Positions 22,491 through 35,200 of a DNA stretch of 35,220 nucleotides are shown here, one piece after another. The DNA is taken from contig NW_021829883.1 of assembly GCF_006345805.1 (NCBI RefSeq), positions 1 to 35,220 of the forward strand. The letters run 5' to 3'. The translations under genes were made by a program, and so were the position numbers. The stretch is from Octopus sinensis. Lineage: Eukaryota. Each line of letters opens with the position of its first letter. Position 1 is the first letter of the stretch. The notes beneath the pieces are model-generated. The model was not told the origin of the DNA. It was given only the letters and a program-made list of their open reading frames with translations, and did no database searches.

Positions 22491-22767
22491 GTAACTGTAA
22501 TCCGATATTAAGTAATCTGTTATTAAATAATTAACTTATCTCATGATTCCGCCTTAAGACTCGATAACCGAAAATGGGTTATTATATTACATTTCATTCA
22601 CACATACATGCGTGCATATATATACATACACACACCCACACGACCACATATTCGCACATCCACGAATCCTATACAAGTACACACATACACCTGCACACAC
22701 CCATGCCAACACATAAGCACGCAGCATCATATAAATATATACAAATGATCGTACACAGAATCTCATA

Positions 22768-22899
22768 TGTACACACACACACACACATACACACACATCA
22801 TACTTATACATACATACATACACATACATACATACACACATACATACATACATGCATGCATACATGCATACATACATATATACATACATACATACTCAA

Positions 22900-22930
<31 letters not shown>

Positions 22931-22990
22931 CATACATACGTACATACATACATACATACATACATATATACATACATACATACATATGTA
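22768..22990. repeat. (CA)n/(CATA)n microsatellite
   Basis: Seen directly. Confidence 0.9.
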
Positions 22991-23985
22991 CAATGCGATC
23001 TTACGTTCGAACCGACCCATCCGGAGCAAAGTATATGAAACACATTTATTTTATTCCTGCTTGACCAAAATCTCTGTAGTTCGCTCCTTTGCTCTCATTC
23101 TTTTCAAAATGAATGTCCATTTACGCTAATGATATTTCTTCTTAGTATCATTATAATGTTAGCTCTTTAATGATGAATTTCTTCATCTCGTCACCGACAG
23201 TATGGTTTTCAGCATTTTAGTAAATGTGACCCATACATCTATTATTCTGAATATATCATATCACAGCCAAGTCGAAGATCATATTCTAAGCTTCTACATT
23301 CATTTTAAGTCTATAATAAGTCTATTTGACAGTCCAGATATTCTGAACCCTCTTTACTATTCAGTCTATTTCTTAACCCTTGCGGTGTCTTAGTAAACTT
23401 TCACAGTTATTGTTGCTCTTCAGTCCCAGATTTCACTTCATTCGGCTTACTTATCATCAAGGTATATATTTTTTTGTATATCCAGTACATTGTTACTCAA
23501 TGTGTATTTTCAGTTTCGATTAATTGGGAGAGATTTTACTCCTATTTCTAGCAGGTTAATACACCATTTATACGATACTGGTACGTGACTATGAAATAGA
23601 TACCAGCCTTCACAAAAATACTATTTATATCGCACTAATTTCAATTTTACCATTACCAACAAACGCAAAAAGAGAGGAACACTTCGTGCTAATTCTACAT
23701 GCTAAAAGTACAGCGAAATCTATCTCAAACCACACATTTCTAACTTTAAATACGGGATAACCTATTCAAAGATGTAGTCTAAATTATATAATGTCTCGGA
23801 GAAGGTAGGAGGTCATGTATAGGTTGTCTTCGTTCATACGTCAGCTCCATGAAACTTGATATGAAATTAAGCAAATAAACATCAGTTCGCTACTACCAGT
23901 ACCACCAAAACTACAACTAACACCGCCAAAATCACTATCAGCACCAGCAAAACCAACAACAACAATAATACCAGCAACAGCGAGT

Positions 23986-24344
23986 GGAGGCCCAATGGCC
24001 CAATGGTTAGGGCAGCGGACTCGCGGTCGGAGGATCGCGGTTTCGATTCCCAGACCGGGCGTTGTGTGTGTTTATTAAGCGAAAACACCTAAAGCTCCAC
24101 GAGGCTCCGGAAGGGGGGGGGTGGCGACCCCTGTTGTACTCTTTCGCTCCAGCTTTCTCTCACTCTTTCTTCCTGTTTCTTATCCCCGTCTTCCTACGCA
24201 ACCGCTGAACCTGGATGCGCATTCATCCATCCGTCGATGCTCTCGGTGTCGGGAGTTGACCTGCTTTCTCTTCTGCGGGTCTTACGAATAGCAAAGGACC
24301 ACGTTTCGGACTTCTCCTTGCTTGCGAGCTCTGGGAGGTTCGCT
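23986..24344 (+). mobile_element. SINE family C (tRNA-derived), full length, in (CAA/CAG)-rich repeat
   Basis: Head GGCCCAATGGTTAGGGCAGCGGACTCGCGGTCGGAGGATCGCGGTTTCGATTCCC; first ~155 bp shared with 30545-30703. Confidence 0.85.
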
Positions 24345-24960
24345 CAACAGCAACTGCAATAACAATAGCACCATTAAAGAAATAGAGTAAAGAGACGTAA
24401 CACACAGGTGGGGAACAGTTTAGTCCAGTGTAATAGATATCAAGTCACAAACCACCTTCCATTTACATCCTAAACTAGAGAAGGGTTTCGGATTACAATG
24501 GACAGAATCGGTAGAGCACTGGACCAAATACCTTTCTGTATGTAGTTGCATCGCCTTATGTCCTTACTTTTAATCTCACCGAAGCCATTCGTTAATGTCT
24601 CAGCCTAGTAGGAATGCTTTGGTAATCGATATCGATCATTAGAAGTTACTGTTTCGATAATCATATGGTTAAAGGTTGTTGTTATTTTTTGCTGTTGACA
24701 TTTAGCCCTAAGATCTGAATCGAGCAGATCTACGATCAACGGCATTCAAGCCATGACAACTCCGACATTTTCTTCGCATAGTGTATCTTAGAATTCGACA
24801 ATATTTAAAGTTGCTTATATATTTATTTCGTTTTGTTCTTTATAACGACTTCAATGACATTTTGTTGCAATTTCCTGTATCTTGAATCACCACATAAATG
24901 CTCTCTTATTGTTTCATTGGTTGGTGTAATGTTAGTGTAGGTTGGTATATAGATTAGGGA

Positions 24961-25064
<104 letters not shown>

Positions 25065-25065
25065 G

Positions 25066-25288
25066 TGGCGGCGAGCTGGCAGAAACGTTACCACGCCGGG
25101 CGAAATGCTTAGCTGTATTTCGTCTGCCGTTACGTTCTGAGTTCAAATTCCGCCGGGATCCACTTTGCTCTTCATCCTTTGATAAATTTAGTACCAGTTG
25201 CGTACTGGGGTCGATGTAATCGACTTAATCCCTTTGTCTGCCCTTGTTTGTCCCATCTATGTTTAGCCCCCTGTGAGCAATAAAGAAA
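25066..25288 (+). mobile_element. SINE family A, best preserved copy
   Basis: GGCGGCGAGCTGGCAGAAACGTTA...GAGTTCAAATTCCGCCG...AGTACCAGTTGCGTACTGGGGTCGATGTAATCGAC...AATAAAGAAATA. Confidence 0.92.
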
Positions 25289-25699
25289 TATATATATACA
25301 TATATATACATATGTATATATATATGTGTATGTATGTAAGTTTATTTGTATATTTATTTGTTTCTGTCTCTCTTTGTTTGAGTGTTTGTGATTATGTATG
25401 TATCTATATAAGGAAGAGAACATGGAACGAACATGCTTTATGTATTGCATACCATTAGAACAGTTTCAGCACATGAGTACCAGCTGTTCAGTGCTGAATG
25501 TTAAGTATATTATAAACAATGCATTGTGTTAAATACTACTATCCAGCAATATCAGAAGATGCAGTCTATCGGCTGAGTATTGCAAAACAAATTCTTCTAA
25601 AACCGACCATATTTACTTGTCATACAGAAAAAATTATCTTGAAGGTTAATTCCACTTAAATTTATTGATATCTGCCTGGATTTGTTAATCCCTTTTAAT

Positions 25700-25732
<33 letters not shown>

Positions 25733-25831
25733 AATTTAAAATAAATTTAAGTTAAATTTTAAATGGTTCGATCTCATGCGAACGTCCCGTGTAGTTCTGT
25801 TTCATTAAAGTTTATATTTGCAATGACGATC

Positions 25832-25898
25832 ATACTGAAGAGCTACAGACAATTGCGTACGTAAAATTGCATAACAATTGATAACGAAACGTGTCTAT
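25832..25898 (+). ncRNA. Degenerate hammerhead-like motif
   Basis: aua CUGAAGA g...CAAUUG...CAAUUG...c GAAA cgu GUC uau; intact core boxes and GUC triplet, irregular stem II, 3-bp stem I. Confidence 0.4.
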
Positions 25899-26085
25899 CA
25901 TTAATCTATATTTTTGTTTCTTTTCATTTGTCTTGCTCGCTTACATTCTGGCGTTTGCTAAATTTTCTTGCGAACATTTCTCTCTTAGTGGTAAGATCAT
26001 AACGGATCTACTTCTAGCATTAGGGTTATACCAAGTAGTTGTCATCCCTTTTATATGTATGTAATGTGTGTGTATATATATATAG

Positions 26086-26165
<80 letters not shown>

Positions 26166-26700
26166 TACATATATATATATATATATATTAAAAGTCGTCT
26201 AAGGATATAATTCTTCCTTCTTTGTATGATTGTTCTTATCCTCTATGATTGATAAATACTAAGCTACCAATTAGTGGATAATCTTGGATTTACAGTTTGT
26301 ATCAGTTGTTCGGGATATTTAATGTATATGTTTTACTATACTCCATAATGAATATTTTGTTGGTCAGGTTTATCGCAGAATTAAGTTCCGGAATCCCTAG
26401 GGACCACACTGCAAAATTTTAAGAGGGGCCTGATTGAGAGATCATCAAACACGTTACCATGTACTATTGTTAACACGATTGTTGCTATTTTTGCTTGACC
26501 CTAGATCTGATATGATAGTGCTCATTTGCCTTTGGCCACTCATGTTCAGAATATGACCATCCAATTCTTTTCCTATCATCATAGAAATCATATTCTATGT
26601 AACCATCGCTCTCTTGCTATACAGTTGAGTTTGATATAAAATAGATATGTCTACTGAACCCTGCAGTTCTGACGGTCGCGTTGTTCCTTCGATATCGTAA

Positions 26701-26860
26701 AGCATAGACGTGGTTGTGTAGTAAGAAGTTTGCTTCCCAACCACATGATTCCGAGTTCAGTCCTATTTCGAAACACCTCCGGCAAGTGTCTTCTAGTATC
26801 CCTTCGGGTTGACCAAAACCTTGTGAGTAGATTCGGTAGACAGAAACTGAAAGAAGCACG
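26701..26860 (+). mobile_element. SINE family B 5' half (diverged)
   Basis: GTGGTTGTGTAGTAAGAAGTTTGCTTCCCAACCACATG...GGCAAGTGTCTTCTA...AACTGAAAGAAGC. Confidence 0.82.
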
Positions 26861-26935
26861 ACGCCATGATAGATCGTTAGCTCCTACACGCATTTTTTTC
26901 TCTCCTTGTTTCTCTCCTTGTTTTTTTTCTGTGTA

Positions 26936-26973
26936 TCTTTCTGTCGAAGAGCGTGGGCTCGAAACGTAAAAGA
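26936..26973 (+). ncRNA. Minimal hammerhead-like motif with A6-to-U core variant
   Basis: UCUUU CUGUCGA a GAGC gugg GCUC GAAA c GUA AAAGA: perfect 5-bp stem I, 4-bp stem II, ACGU palindrome, GUA triplet. Confidence 0.55.
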
Positions 26974-27239
26974 CTTTTTCTATTCCTGCCTTCATCTTTT
27001 GTTTATTTTCGTACAATTTCCCTTTATATATATATATATATATATATATCTGAGTGCGTGCGTGTGTGTGCTGCCATTTCTTGGGATGCTACAGAACGCA
27101 TCCGGGAACTTTTTGACACTACCTCGTATATGCACACACATAGCTTCACTTATGCGTGGATACGAATTATAGCAAATATTACCTAAGATTTCATACTTGT
27201 ATAAGTATCCGTGTACAAAAGAACTTCATATGCACACAG

Positions 27240-27554
27240 GATTTATTTGTTAAGCCTAATACTCATTATATCGGTCTCTTTAGGAGAACCGCTAATTTGC
27301 GGTGAGAGAAACATACCGGCACCGGTTTTCAAATGGTATTGGGAGACGAACATAGACACAAAGACACGCACACTGACACTTATATATATATTAATAAACA
27401 GGTAAGACAACAAAAGAATGAAAGAGACCTCGATATTATGTATTTTTTCCAACGGTCGGATAACTGAAGAGATGGCGGCGTGGATTTCACCTCGGCCTCC
27501 GAACTCGGAGTTTTATCATGGCTACCGAATAATTGTCACGTATTACATTTACAG

Positions 27555-27598
<44 letters not shown>

Positions 27599-27817
27599 TA
27601 TAAATATATGTATATTATACAGAAGAAGCCGGCCATATATATATAATATATGTATATAATATATGGCGGGCTTCTTCTGTTTCCGTCAAATTCTCTCACG
27701 AGGCATTGTCGGACCCGCTATGGTAGACGACACTTGCCCTAAGGTGTCACGCGTGGGACTGAACCAGGAATTATGTAGGTAGGAAGCAAGCTTCTTACCA
27801 CACAACCACTCTTGCGT
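27240..27817 (-). mobile_element. SINE family B copy split at its internal microsatellite by an insertion (~27400-27545)
   Basis: 3' half at 27240-27370 and 5' half at 27660-27817 both align to 10331-10755. Confidence 0.75.
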
Positions 27818-27845
27818 TAATTATATTTGTATATATGTGTGTATG

Positions 27846-27911
<66 letters not shown>

Positions 27912-28359
27912 TATTATATATACATATTACGTATACACAAATACATATATATGCACACACATGCATATATACACATATGTATCACAAGCAATGTATAGAG
28001 ATATATTTTTATGTGCAAGCATGCGAGAGGAGAATGTCTGTAATACTATTTCTGCTTGTAGACCTTGATGCGGCATATATTCAACCTGTGTCGAGATCTT
28101 TTCAATATTCATTCCAGTAGTAACTATTGAGTTTTCTGTGCGAATTTCGATTTTTCTTATGGTCGAAGATTCTTTACAAATCACCGTTTCTTTGCTTTAC
28201 GCTGAAATACACTGGAGAAAAACCATACACTTTATCATACATTCCGTTTTTATGCCGGCTGTTACGTTAATTTAAATGAATGGTTTTCACTTGAATTGAA
28301 ATGAATTATTTAACTTGAATTTCAAAATCTGTATATATGTCTGTGTGTGTGTATAAGTT

Positions 28360-28575
28360 TTATTGTTCTTTTACTTTCTTCAGTCATTGGTCTACGTCCA
28401 TACTTTGACAGAGATCTGAACGGTTTTGTTGAACGAACCAATTCCAATGTGTACCTTATAAAAGCTTGGTATCTATTCTATCGTCGACATTTTCGAGAGG
28501 CTAGCTTCAGCTTGACGTAAGCAGACCAACACCGGTCGTCAAGAGGAGGACGGAGGAACACAGACACAAGACTCA
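28360..28575 (-). mobile_element. Degraded SINE family B 3' half
   Basis: CTTTTACTTTCTTCAGTCATT...TATTCTATCG...CAACACCGGTCGTCAAG...AACACAGACAC. Confidence 0.65.
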
Positions 28576-28609
28576 CAAACAAAATAGAGAAAATGTGAAG
28601 GAAGCGTAT

Positions 28610-28821
28610 ATTTATGTAATTATATATATATATATAATATATATATATTATATATATATATATGCATATATATAAATGCACATAAATATATGAACCTATA
28701 TGTGTATTACGAATGTGAGCATAGATACATACACATATATATAATATACATTACATATACACATATCTATAATATATATGTGATATAAATATATATGGTA
28801 TCTATATACAGAATATATATC

Positions 28822-28881
<60 letters not shown>

Positions 28882-29049
28882 TATATATATAATATATATA
28901 TATAATATATATATGTATATATATATACATTATGTATTTTTGATATATACATACATATAAACACTATATATACACGTATATATACAGTATATATATTCAA
29001 TATATGTGTATATATATATACATACATACATGCATACATACATACATAC

Positions 29050-29080
<31 letters not shown>

Positions 29081-29125
29081 CATACATACATACATACATA
29101 CATACATACAAAAATACATACATAC
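28610..29125. repeat. (TA)n/(CATA)n low-complexity field
   Basis: Seen directly. Confidence 0.9.
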
Positions 29126-29469
29126 ATATGCTAAAATACATTTTTACTATTTTCCAATATCTTTTTGTAAATTATCTTGAATTTCTTCTGTTCGCATTAT
29201 AGATTTATATTTCATGTTATGCTAATCTATCTCTGCGTATTTGAGGTGTTATATGATAGAATATTCTCGTGATAAACTGCGATTGGCAACATTGAAATTT
29301 ATAGGTATGTCTATATATTTCGGTTTCGGAGCGACTGACTTCCAATATTCTTTCAATAAACTTAACGCTAGTACACGATTTCGTTGTTGATAAATGTTTC
29401 CATGCTTACATTCACATGTATGTACACACACGTATATACACTCACACACACACACACCACATATATATA

Positions 29470-29500
<31 letters not shown>

Positions 29501-29551
29501 ATATATATATATGAATATATGTGTGTTGTACATACATATATACATATATAT

Positions 29552-29590
<39 letters not shown>

Positions 29591-29831
29591 GCGTGTGCAT
29601 GTGGGTGTATGCGTCCGTGTTACAATCGCACATGAATATGCATACTTGTACACTTATATTCATCACACTTTTTACACATGAATATTTATGCTCATGTACA
29701 TATATTCACATATCATCATGTAAGTGTTTGTGCGTGAGGCTATCTACGTGTATACATATATACATACATACACACATATAACATATATGCATACATACAT
29801 ACATACATACATACATACATACATACATACA

Positions 29832-29865
<34 letters not shown>

Positions 29866-30078
29866 CGTGTGTGTGTTTGTTGTGTCTGTGTATGTGTGTG
29901 CGTGATATGTATTTTTTCCTCGAAATATTCGTATTATTTAAGACAATAATGTGAGCGTTCTAATCGAAAAGATTAAAATATAATATAGTACTCTACAATG
30001 GAGGTGATTTTGATCTGCAATTCCAACCATCGTCTGTTAATTTCTCCTTATACTTTTTGTTTAAATTAGAAGTTGACA

Positions 30079-30137
<59 letters not shown>

Positions 30138-30204
30138 CATATTCAGCTTACGAACAGCTTAGGGCTTCTCCTTACACACCTCGGCTACATCATTTAACAT
30201 CAGT

Positions 30205-30425
30205 AAAGCGTTGAACTGGCAGTAATCGTTAGTACACCGGGCGAAATGTTTAGCGGTATTTCGTCTGCCATTACGTTCTGAGTTCAAATTCCACCGAGAT
30301 CGACTTTGCATATCATCCTTTCGGGATCGATTAATTGAGTACGAGTTTCGTACTGGGGCTGATCTAATCGACTGACCCCCTTCCCAAAATTTCAGGCCTT
30401 GTGTCTATAGTAGAAAAGATTATTT
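30205..30425 (+). mobile_element. SINE family A copy
   Basis: GAACTGGCAGTAATCGTTAGTACACCGGGCGAAATG...GAGTTCAAATTCCACCGAGATCGACTTTGC...CATCCTTTCGGGATCGAT. Confidence 0.9.
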
Positions 30426-30481
30426 AACATTTGAGATGTTTGTCATACTGGGTGTTTGTAAAATTGGTTAATTGGTTGGTA

Positions 30482-30703
30482 TTTTTTTTTTTGTACTTGT
30501 TCCAGTCATTTGACTGCGGCCATGCTGGAGCACCGCCTTTTAGAGTGGTGAAAGAGTACAGCAGGGATCACCACCACCCCCTGCCGGAGCCTCGTGGAGC
30601 TTTTAGGTGTTTTCGCTCAATACACACACACAACGCCCGGTCTGGGAATCGAAACCGCGATCCTCCGACCGCAAGTCCGCTGCCCTAACCACTGGCCATT
30701 GCG
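30482..30703 (-). mobile_element. Chimeric SINE: family C head fused to family B/LINE tail plus poly(A)
   Basis: 30545-30703 matches 23990-24145; 30493-30540 matches the family B tail; T-run at 30482-30492. Confidence 0.8.
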
Positions 30704-30849
30704 GTATATCAATAGAATAATGTAAAAAAATATGTGTGTGTTTTGCGTGTGTCTGTGTGTGTGTGTGGTGTGTGTGTGTGTGGTGTGTGTGTGTTTTGTG
30801 CTTGTATTTGATCCCCAAGCACCACCGCTTGTTGATATCACAGAAAACT

Positions 30850-31200
30850 GGCGGTTCGGCTGCTGGGGGTCGATTTGTGTGAATTTGGAAGACAGAAACG
30901 GTGCAGAAGCCCTTTGTATACATATACATACATACACACGCTCCCACATGCACATATATATATATTTGTGTTTGTGATTGTGTGTGTGTCTGTGTGTATG
31001 TGTATATGTTAGTGTGTGATTTATGTGTGTGTGACAACCGTCTTTTTTTCTTAGCTTGCGTTTCGGCTATAGAGTTCGAGTGAATAAGCACTAGACTACA
31101 AAAGAAATAATTATTAGAGGTTATTTGTTCGTCTAAACACACCTAGGCGGTGCCCCCAGCGTGGCTGAGGTCAGTGACTGAAAATAGTAAAAGAATTAAA
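30850..31200 (+). mobile_element. Degraded SINE family B (3' two-thirds)
   Basis: GAATTTGGAAGACAGAAAC...GAAGCCC...ATAAGCACTAGACTAC...AGGCGGTGCCCCCAGCGTGGC...GACTGAAAATAGTAAAAG. Confidence 0.7.
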
Positions 31201-31430
31201 GAGGGAAATGGCGGGGGTTTGTATCTCTTTGGGGTGAGTGGCGTAGTAATTCATAGATATATCATATTTCAAATACAATTTCAATGGAGACCGGAAAAAT
31301 ATCTACATCTCCCACTTTAAGCGTCCGCTCCCACATTTTTCAGCTCCAGAAAAACCAAAAAGCATGACTTTGCATGCTTTCTTTCTACTCACAAATAACC
31401 TTTCTCTTTTCTTTTTTTTTTTTTTTTAAG

Positions 31431-31769
31431 GTTTTAAAGCCAGCGAATCAACAGTGGAAGAATTGTCTGCATTTATTTGACCCCACCCGTTCAAAATTCA
31501 AGAAGAATTTATAGCTAACTGATCGACAATGCTTCGTACTTGCCTCTCAGTTTAGGTCCTGCATTCATATGACTGTCTAATCTTCAGGCTTTGATACAAC
31601 CCGCTTAAAACATGTTACAATCAAAGTACTAGAATATTCGATTCACCCTCTTGATGTATAAAGCAAGCCAGGTGATGATAAGGCGGAGCTGGAGCTACTG
31701 GTCAGCTATTCCACGTCTTACGATACTTCACAGTATAATTATTGTCACACCTGTCATTCACAATAGCAT
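31431..31769 (+). other. Candidate exon, possibly containing a start codon at 31654
   Basis: Branch-like TACTCAC, ~30-nt pyrimidine tract and AAG| acceptor at 31430; CAT|GTAAGG donor at 31769/70; frame MYKASQVMIRRSWSYWSAIPRLTILHSIIIVTPVIHNS open to the donor. Confidence 0.4.
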
Positions 31770-31826
31770 GTAAGGATTTCAGGAAGTGCAAACATTAGAG
31801 AATATATATATATATATATATATAGA

Positions 31827-31866
<40 letters not shown>

Positions 31867-32331
31867 AACACACATGGTCGATAACACAATGAATGTACCT
31901 AAGTTGTTCGTCGGTAGGGTCTGCAGGATGGAGGGGTTAATTTGATTCCTTTTAAAAGGAAAATATGTTAGAATACCTGTATGTGTGTGTGTGTATATAT
32001 ATAAATTATATTACATATATATAAATATATATATACATACATGTATATACTCTTTTTACTTTTTATATATATATATAAATATATATATACATATGCACAT
32101 ATATATGTATATATATACGTGATATATATTATATATATATATATATAATATATACATATACACATATATAAGTATATATATACATACATATATATATATA
32201 TACACACACAATCAATTAGAGGTTAAATTAGACTCATTAAGGGATGAAATCATCCAGTGAATTATTGATTTAATGCCTAATATTTGTTGTGAATGATAAT
32301 ATTCACAAAACAATAGGTCTATACAAGAATC

Positions 32332-32608
32332 ATGGTTTAAAATCATTCAAAAGAAAGTAGGGGAATGCAGATATAACATTTAATAAATACTTATTATCTG
32401 CAAAAATCAAACGTGGTCCCTTACACCTGTTTCAGTTGGGCCTAATCGATTAAATAGTAACTGATAAAAGTCATTAATTTTGGCAAACTCTCAACAGCGG
32501 CCTAATTGAAACAGCTGTTAGGGACCATGTCTGATTTTTGCAGATTAGAAATTCTTATTAAATGTTATAACTCCATTTTCTTACTTTCTTTTAATGTTTA
32601 TAAGCCAT
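32332..32608. repeat. Foldback element with ~110-bp inverted arms and 56-bp spacer
   Basis: 32332-32442 aligns to the reverse complement of 32499-32608 along its whole length. Confidence 0.9.
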
Positions 32609-32652
32609 TGTTGATATATATTTATATTATATTATAGATATATAAACCATGA

Positions 32653-32687
<35 letters not shown>

Positions 32688-32710
32688 ATATATATATATA
32701 TATATATGAG

Positions 32711-32742
<32 letters not shown>

Positions 32743-32756
32743 TATATATATATTTT

Positions 32757-33028
32757 CAAGGGCCCACAGCGTTTTAATGTTCTCCCAAAGAGTCTGAGGA
32801 ACTTGCACAAGTAGATGTAGCGGTTTTTAAATCAAAGCTGGACATCTTCCTGTCAAGAGTCCAGATGAACCTACCTCACGGCAAAAGGTGAACATGAGAG
32901 TAGCTATATCAAACTCCATTCTTCACCAAGTGCCACATATTAGACGAGGTTCGTCGTAATACAGTGTAGCACCAAAACGGCGGTGCATCAGCATGGCCGC
33001 AGCTCTGAGCTGAATCTAGAAAAAAAAT
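32757..33028 (+). mobile_element. Short 3' fragment of a LINE related to 9611-10220
   Basis: GGCCCACAGCGTTTTAATGTTCTCCC...CCAGATGAACCTACCTCACGGCA...GGCGGTGCATCAGCATGGCCGCAGCTCTGAGCTGAATCTAG aligns to 9930-10199; A-tail. Confidence 0.88.
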
Positions 33029-33055
33029 TATAGATATTAATAGATATATAATAAC

Positions 33056-33096
<41 letters not shown>

Positions 33097-33810
33097 TATA
33101 TATATATATATATAGTTATATTATATATATATGTATAAATATATATGTGTGTGTGTGTGTGTATATCTACATGCATATATATATGCCTATATATATACAT
33201 ACATATAAATATATACATACACAGATATATCCATGTACATATATATACATAGATATATATGTGTGTGTGGGAGAGAGAGAGAGAGAGAGAGAGGAGAGAA
33301 AGTATGTATGTATATGTGTATGTGTGTGTATGTATGATAAAGACACATGTACTTGTATTATGCCATATTTTCTGTTATAAGATGCAGTACAATCAGAGCA
33401 GAGTGCTCGTACAACACCTTATAGTAGAGACACAAAAAAGTTACTTAAGATTAACGCATAATTTCCTGCTCCTTTGTGAGTTATTTGATTTCATAATATG
33501 CAGTGTAGCCAACTAATTCGATCTTCTGAAGGAAAAGTACTTTTAGTTGTAGCACCGTGTTAAAAGTATATAAGTGTATGCTTGTGGCTGTGTGTGTGGA
33601 TGTATGCGTGCGTGGATGCATGTGTGTATATATGTATGTTTCTATGCATGTATATATATATATATATAAATGTGTGTGTGAGTGTGTGTGTGTGTGTGTA
33701 TATATATATGCTTGTATGCATGTATATATTGAGAGAGACAGATGTACACAAAATCGCATTCAAGCACCCCCACACACACATTGATAAATGTAAATGTGGT
33801 GTGTATATAT

Positions 33811-33842
<32 letters not shown>

Positions 33843-34419
33843 CTATATATTATATATATATATAATATATATGATATACATATTTATATATACATATATA
33901 TGTTTGTGTGTGTATGGATGTACATGTATATATATTCTTGACGTCATGAGAATCAATATCATTTCCAGGGAAAATTAAATAATTCTGCTTTTGAATTGGA
34001 GCTTGAAATACATGTAAAATTATAAATAATAGCATGTCTACCGGTGATGTGGTTTCGAGTCTCACGGGAAGCTTTCGAATTTTTCTATCCCAAAGGGATT
34101 TCGACCTTTTCCACGCTAGTGATTATAGCTTAACCTTATCATTACCAAAACAATGACAGTGTGTATAAGTACACATATATATGTATGTGTGTATTATATT
34201 TAACCGTATATATATCCATATATGTATGTACATATGTTTATATTAGTATACATATGAATACGTAGATGTGTATGTTCCAAAAAGAATTATAGCGTGTATA
34301 TATATATATATATATCACGAATAAGTAGAGGCGTGGGTTCGAGGCACATACGTACGACATACCGTATTTCTTTCCGTCGAGATGTTATATGCCCAAATAT
34401 TCGACTAGTAGCAACAGTC

Positions 34420-34684
34420 AACCCACAGTGATCACTTATAAGCATTAAGCATATGAATATTATTAATCTTATTATTTACATATATATATACATACGTATA
34501 TATATATAGATATTTTTTAATACATATATATGTTCATATACATATACATATTCATGTGCATATGTATGTATCCAAGCACATATGTAGGTACGACTCTATG
34601 TCAATATATATATACATAAAATTATGTATATATATATATGAATAGATAACTAGATATATATATATATAGCTAAATAAATATGTG

Positions 34685-34737
<53 letters not shown>

Positions 34738-35055
34738 TATAGTATATTATATATTATATATATATATATATATATGCGTGTATCGAACAGGACATCACAA
34801 CAGTTGTCGGCTACCTATCTATCCTTATGGTGAGGTCCTCTACCCATATCAGAAAAAAATAATATATATATATATGTGTGTGTGTGTGTATGTATGTATG
34901 CATGTATGCATGTTTGCATCTATTCATATATGTTTGTATGTATGTGTATATAAGTATGTATATAATACATGTTGTGTGTAGATATATACATGCCATATAT
35001 TATTTATATTATTATTTGATTGAACGCCACGCATCCAATAATTTATATATATATA

Positions 35056-35094
<39 letters not shown>

Positions 35095-35200
35095 TATATC
35101 TGTAGGTATTATGTATGTATATATCTTTATGTGCACATATAAATATAAATATCTCTATCTAAATTATATATATATATATATATATATACATATATATTTG
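34420..35200. repeat. (TA)n/(TATG)n low-complexity field
   Basis: Seen directly. Confidence 0.85.

Noticed and set aside
23392-23425. Minus-strand CUGAAGA...GAAA
   Set aside because: Only a 3-bp stem II and no convincing stems I or III; compatible with chance.
33939-33946. Second TGACGTCA (CRE) site
   Set aside because: Isolated 8-mer at the edge of a microsatellite with no supporting motifs.
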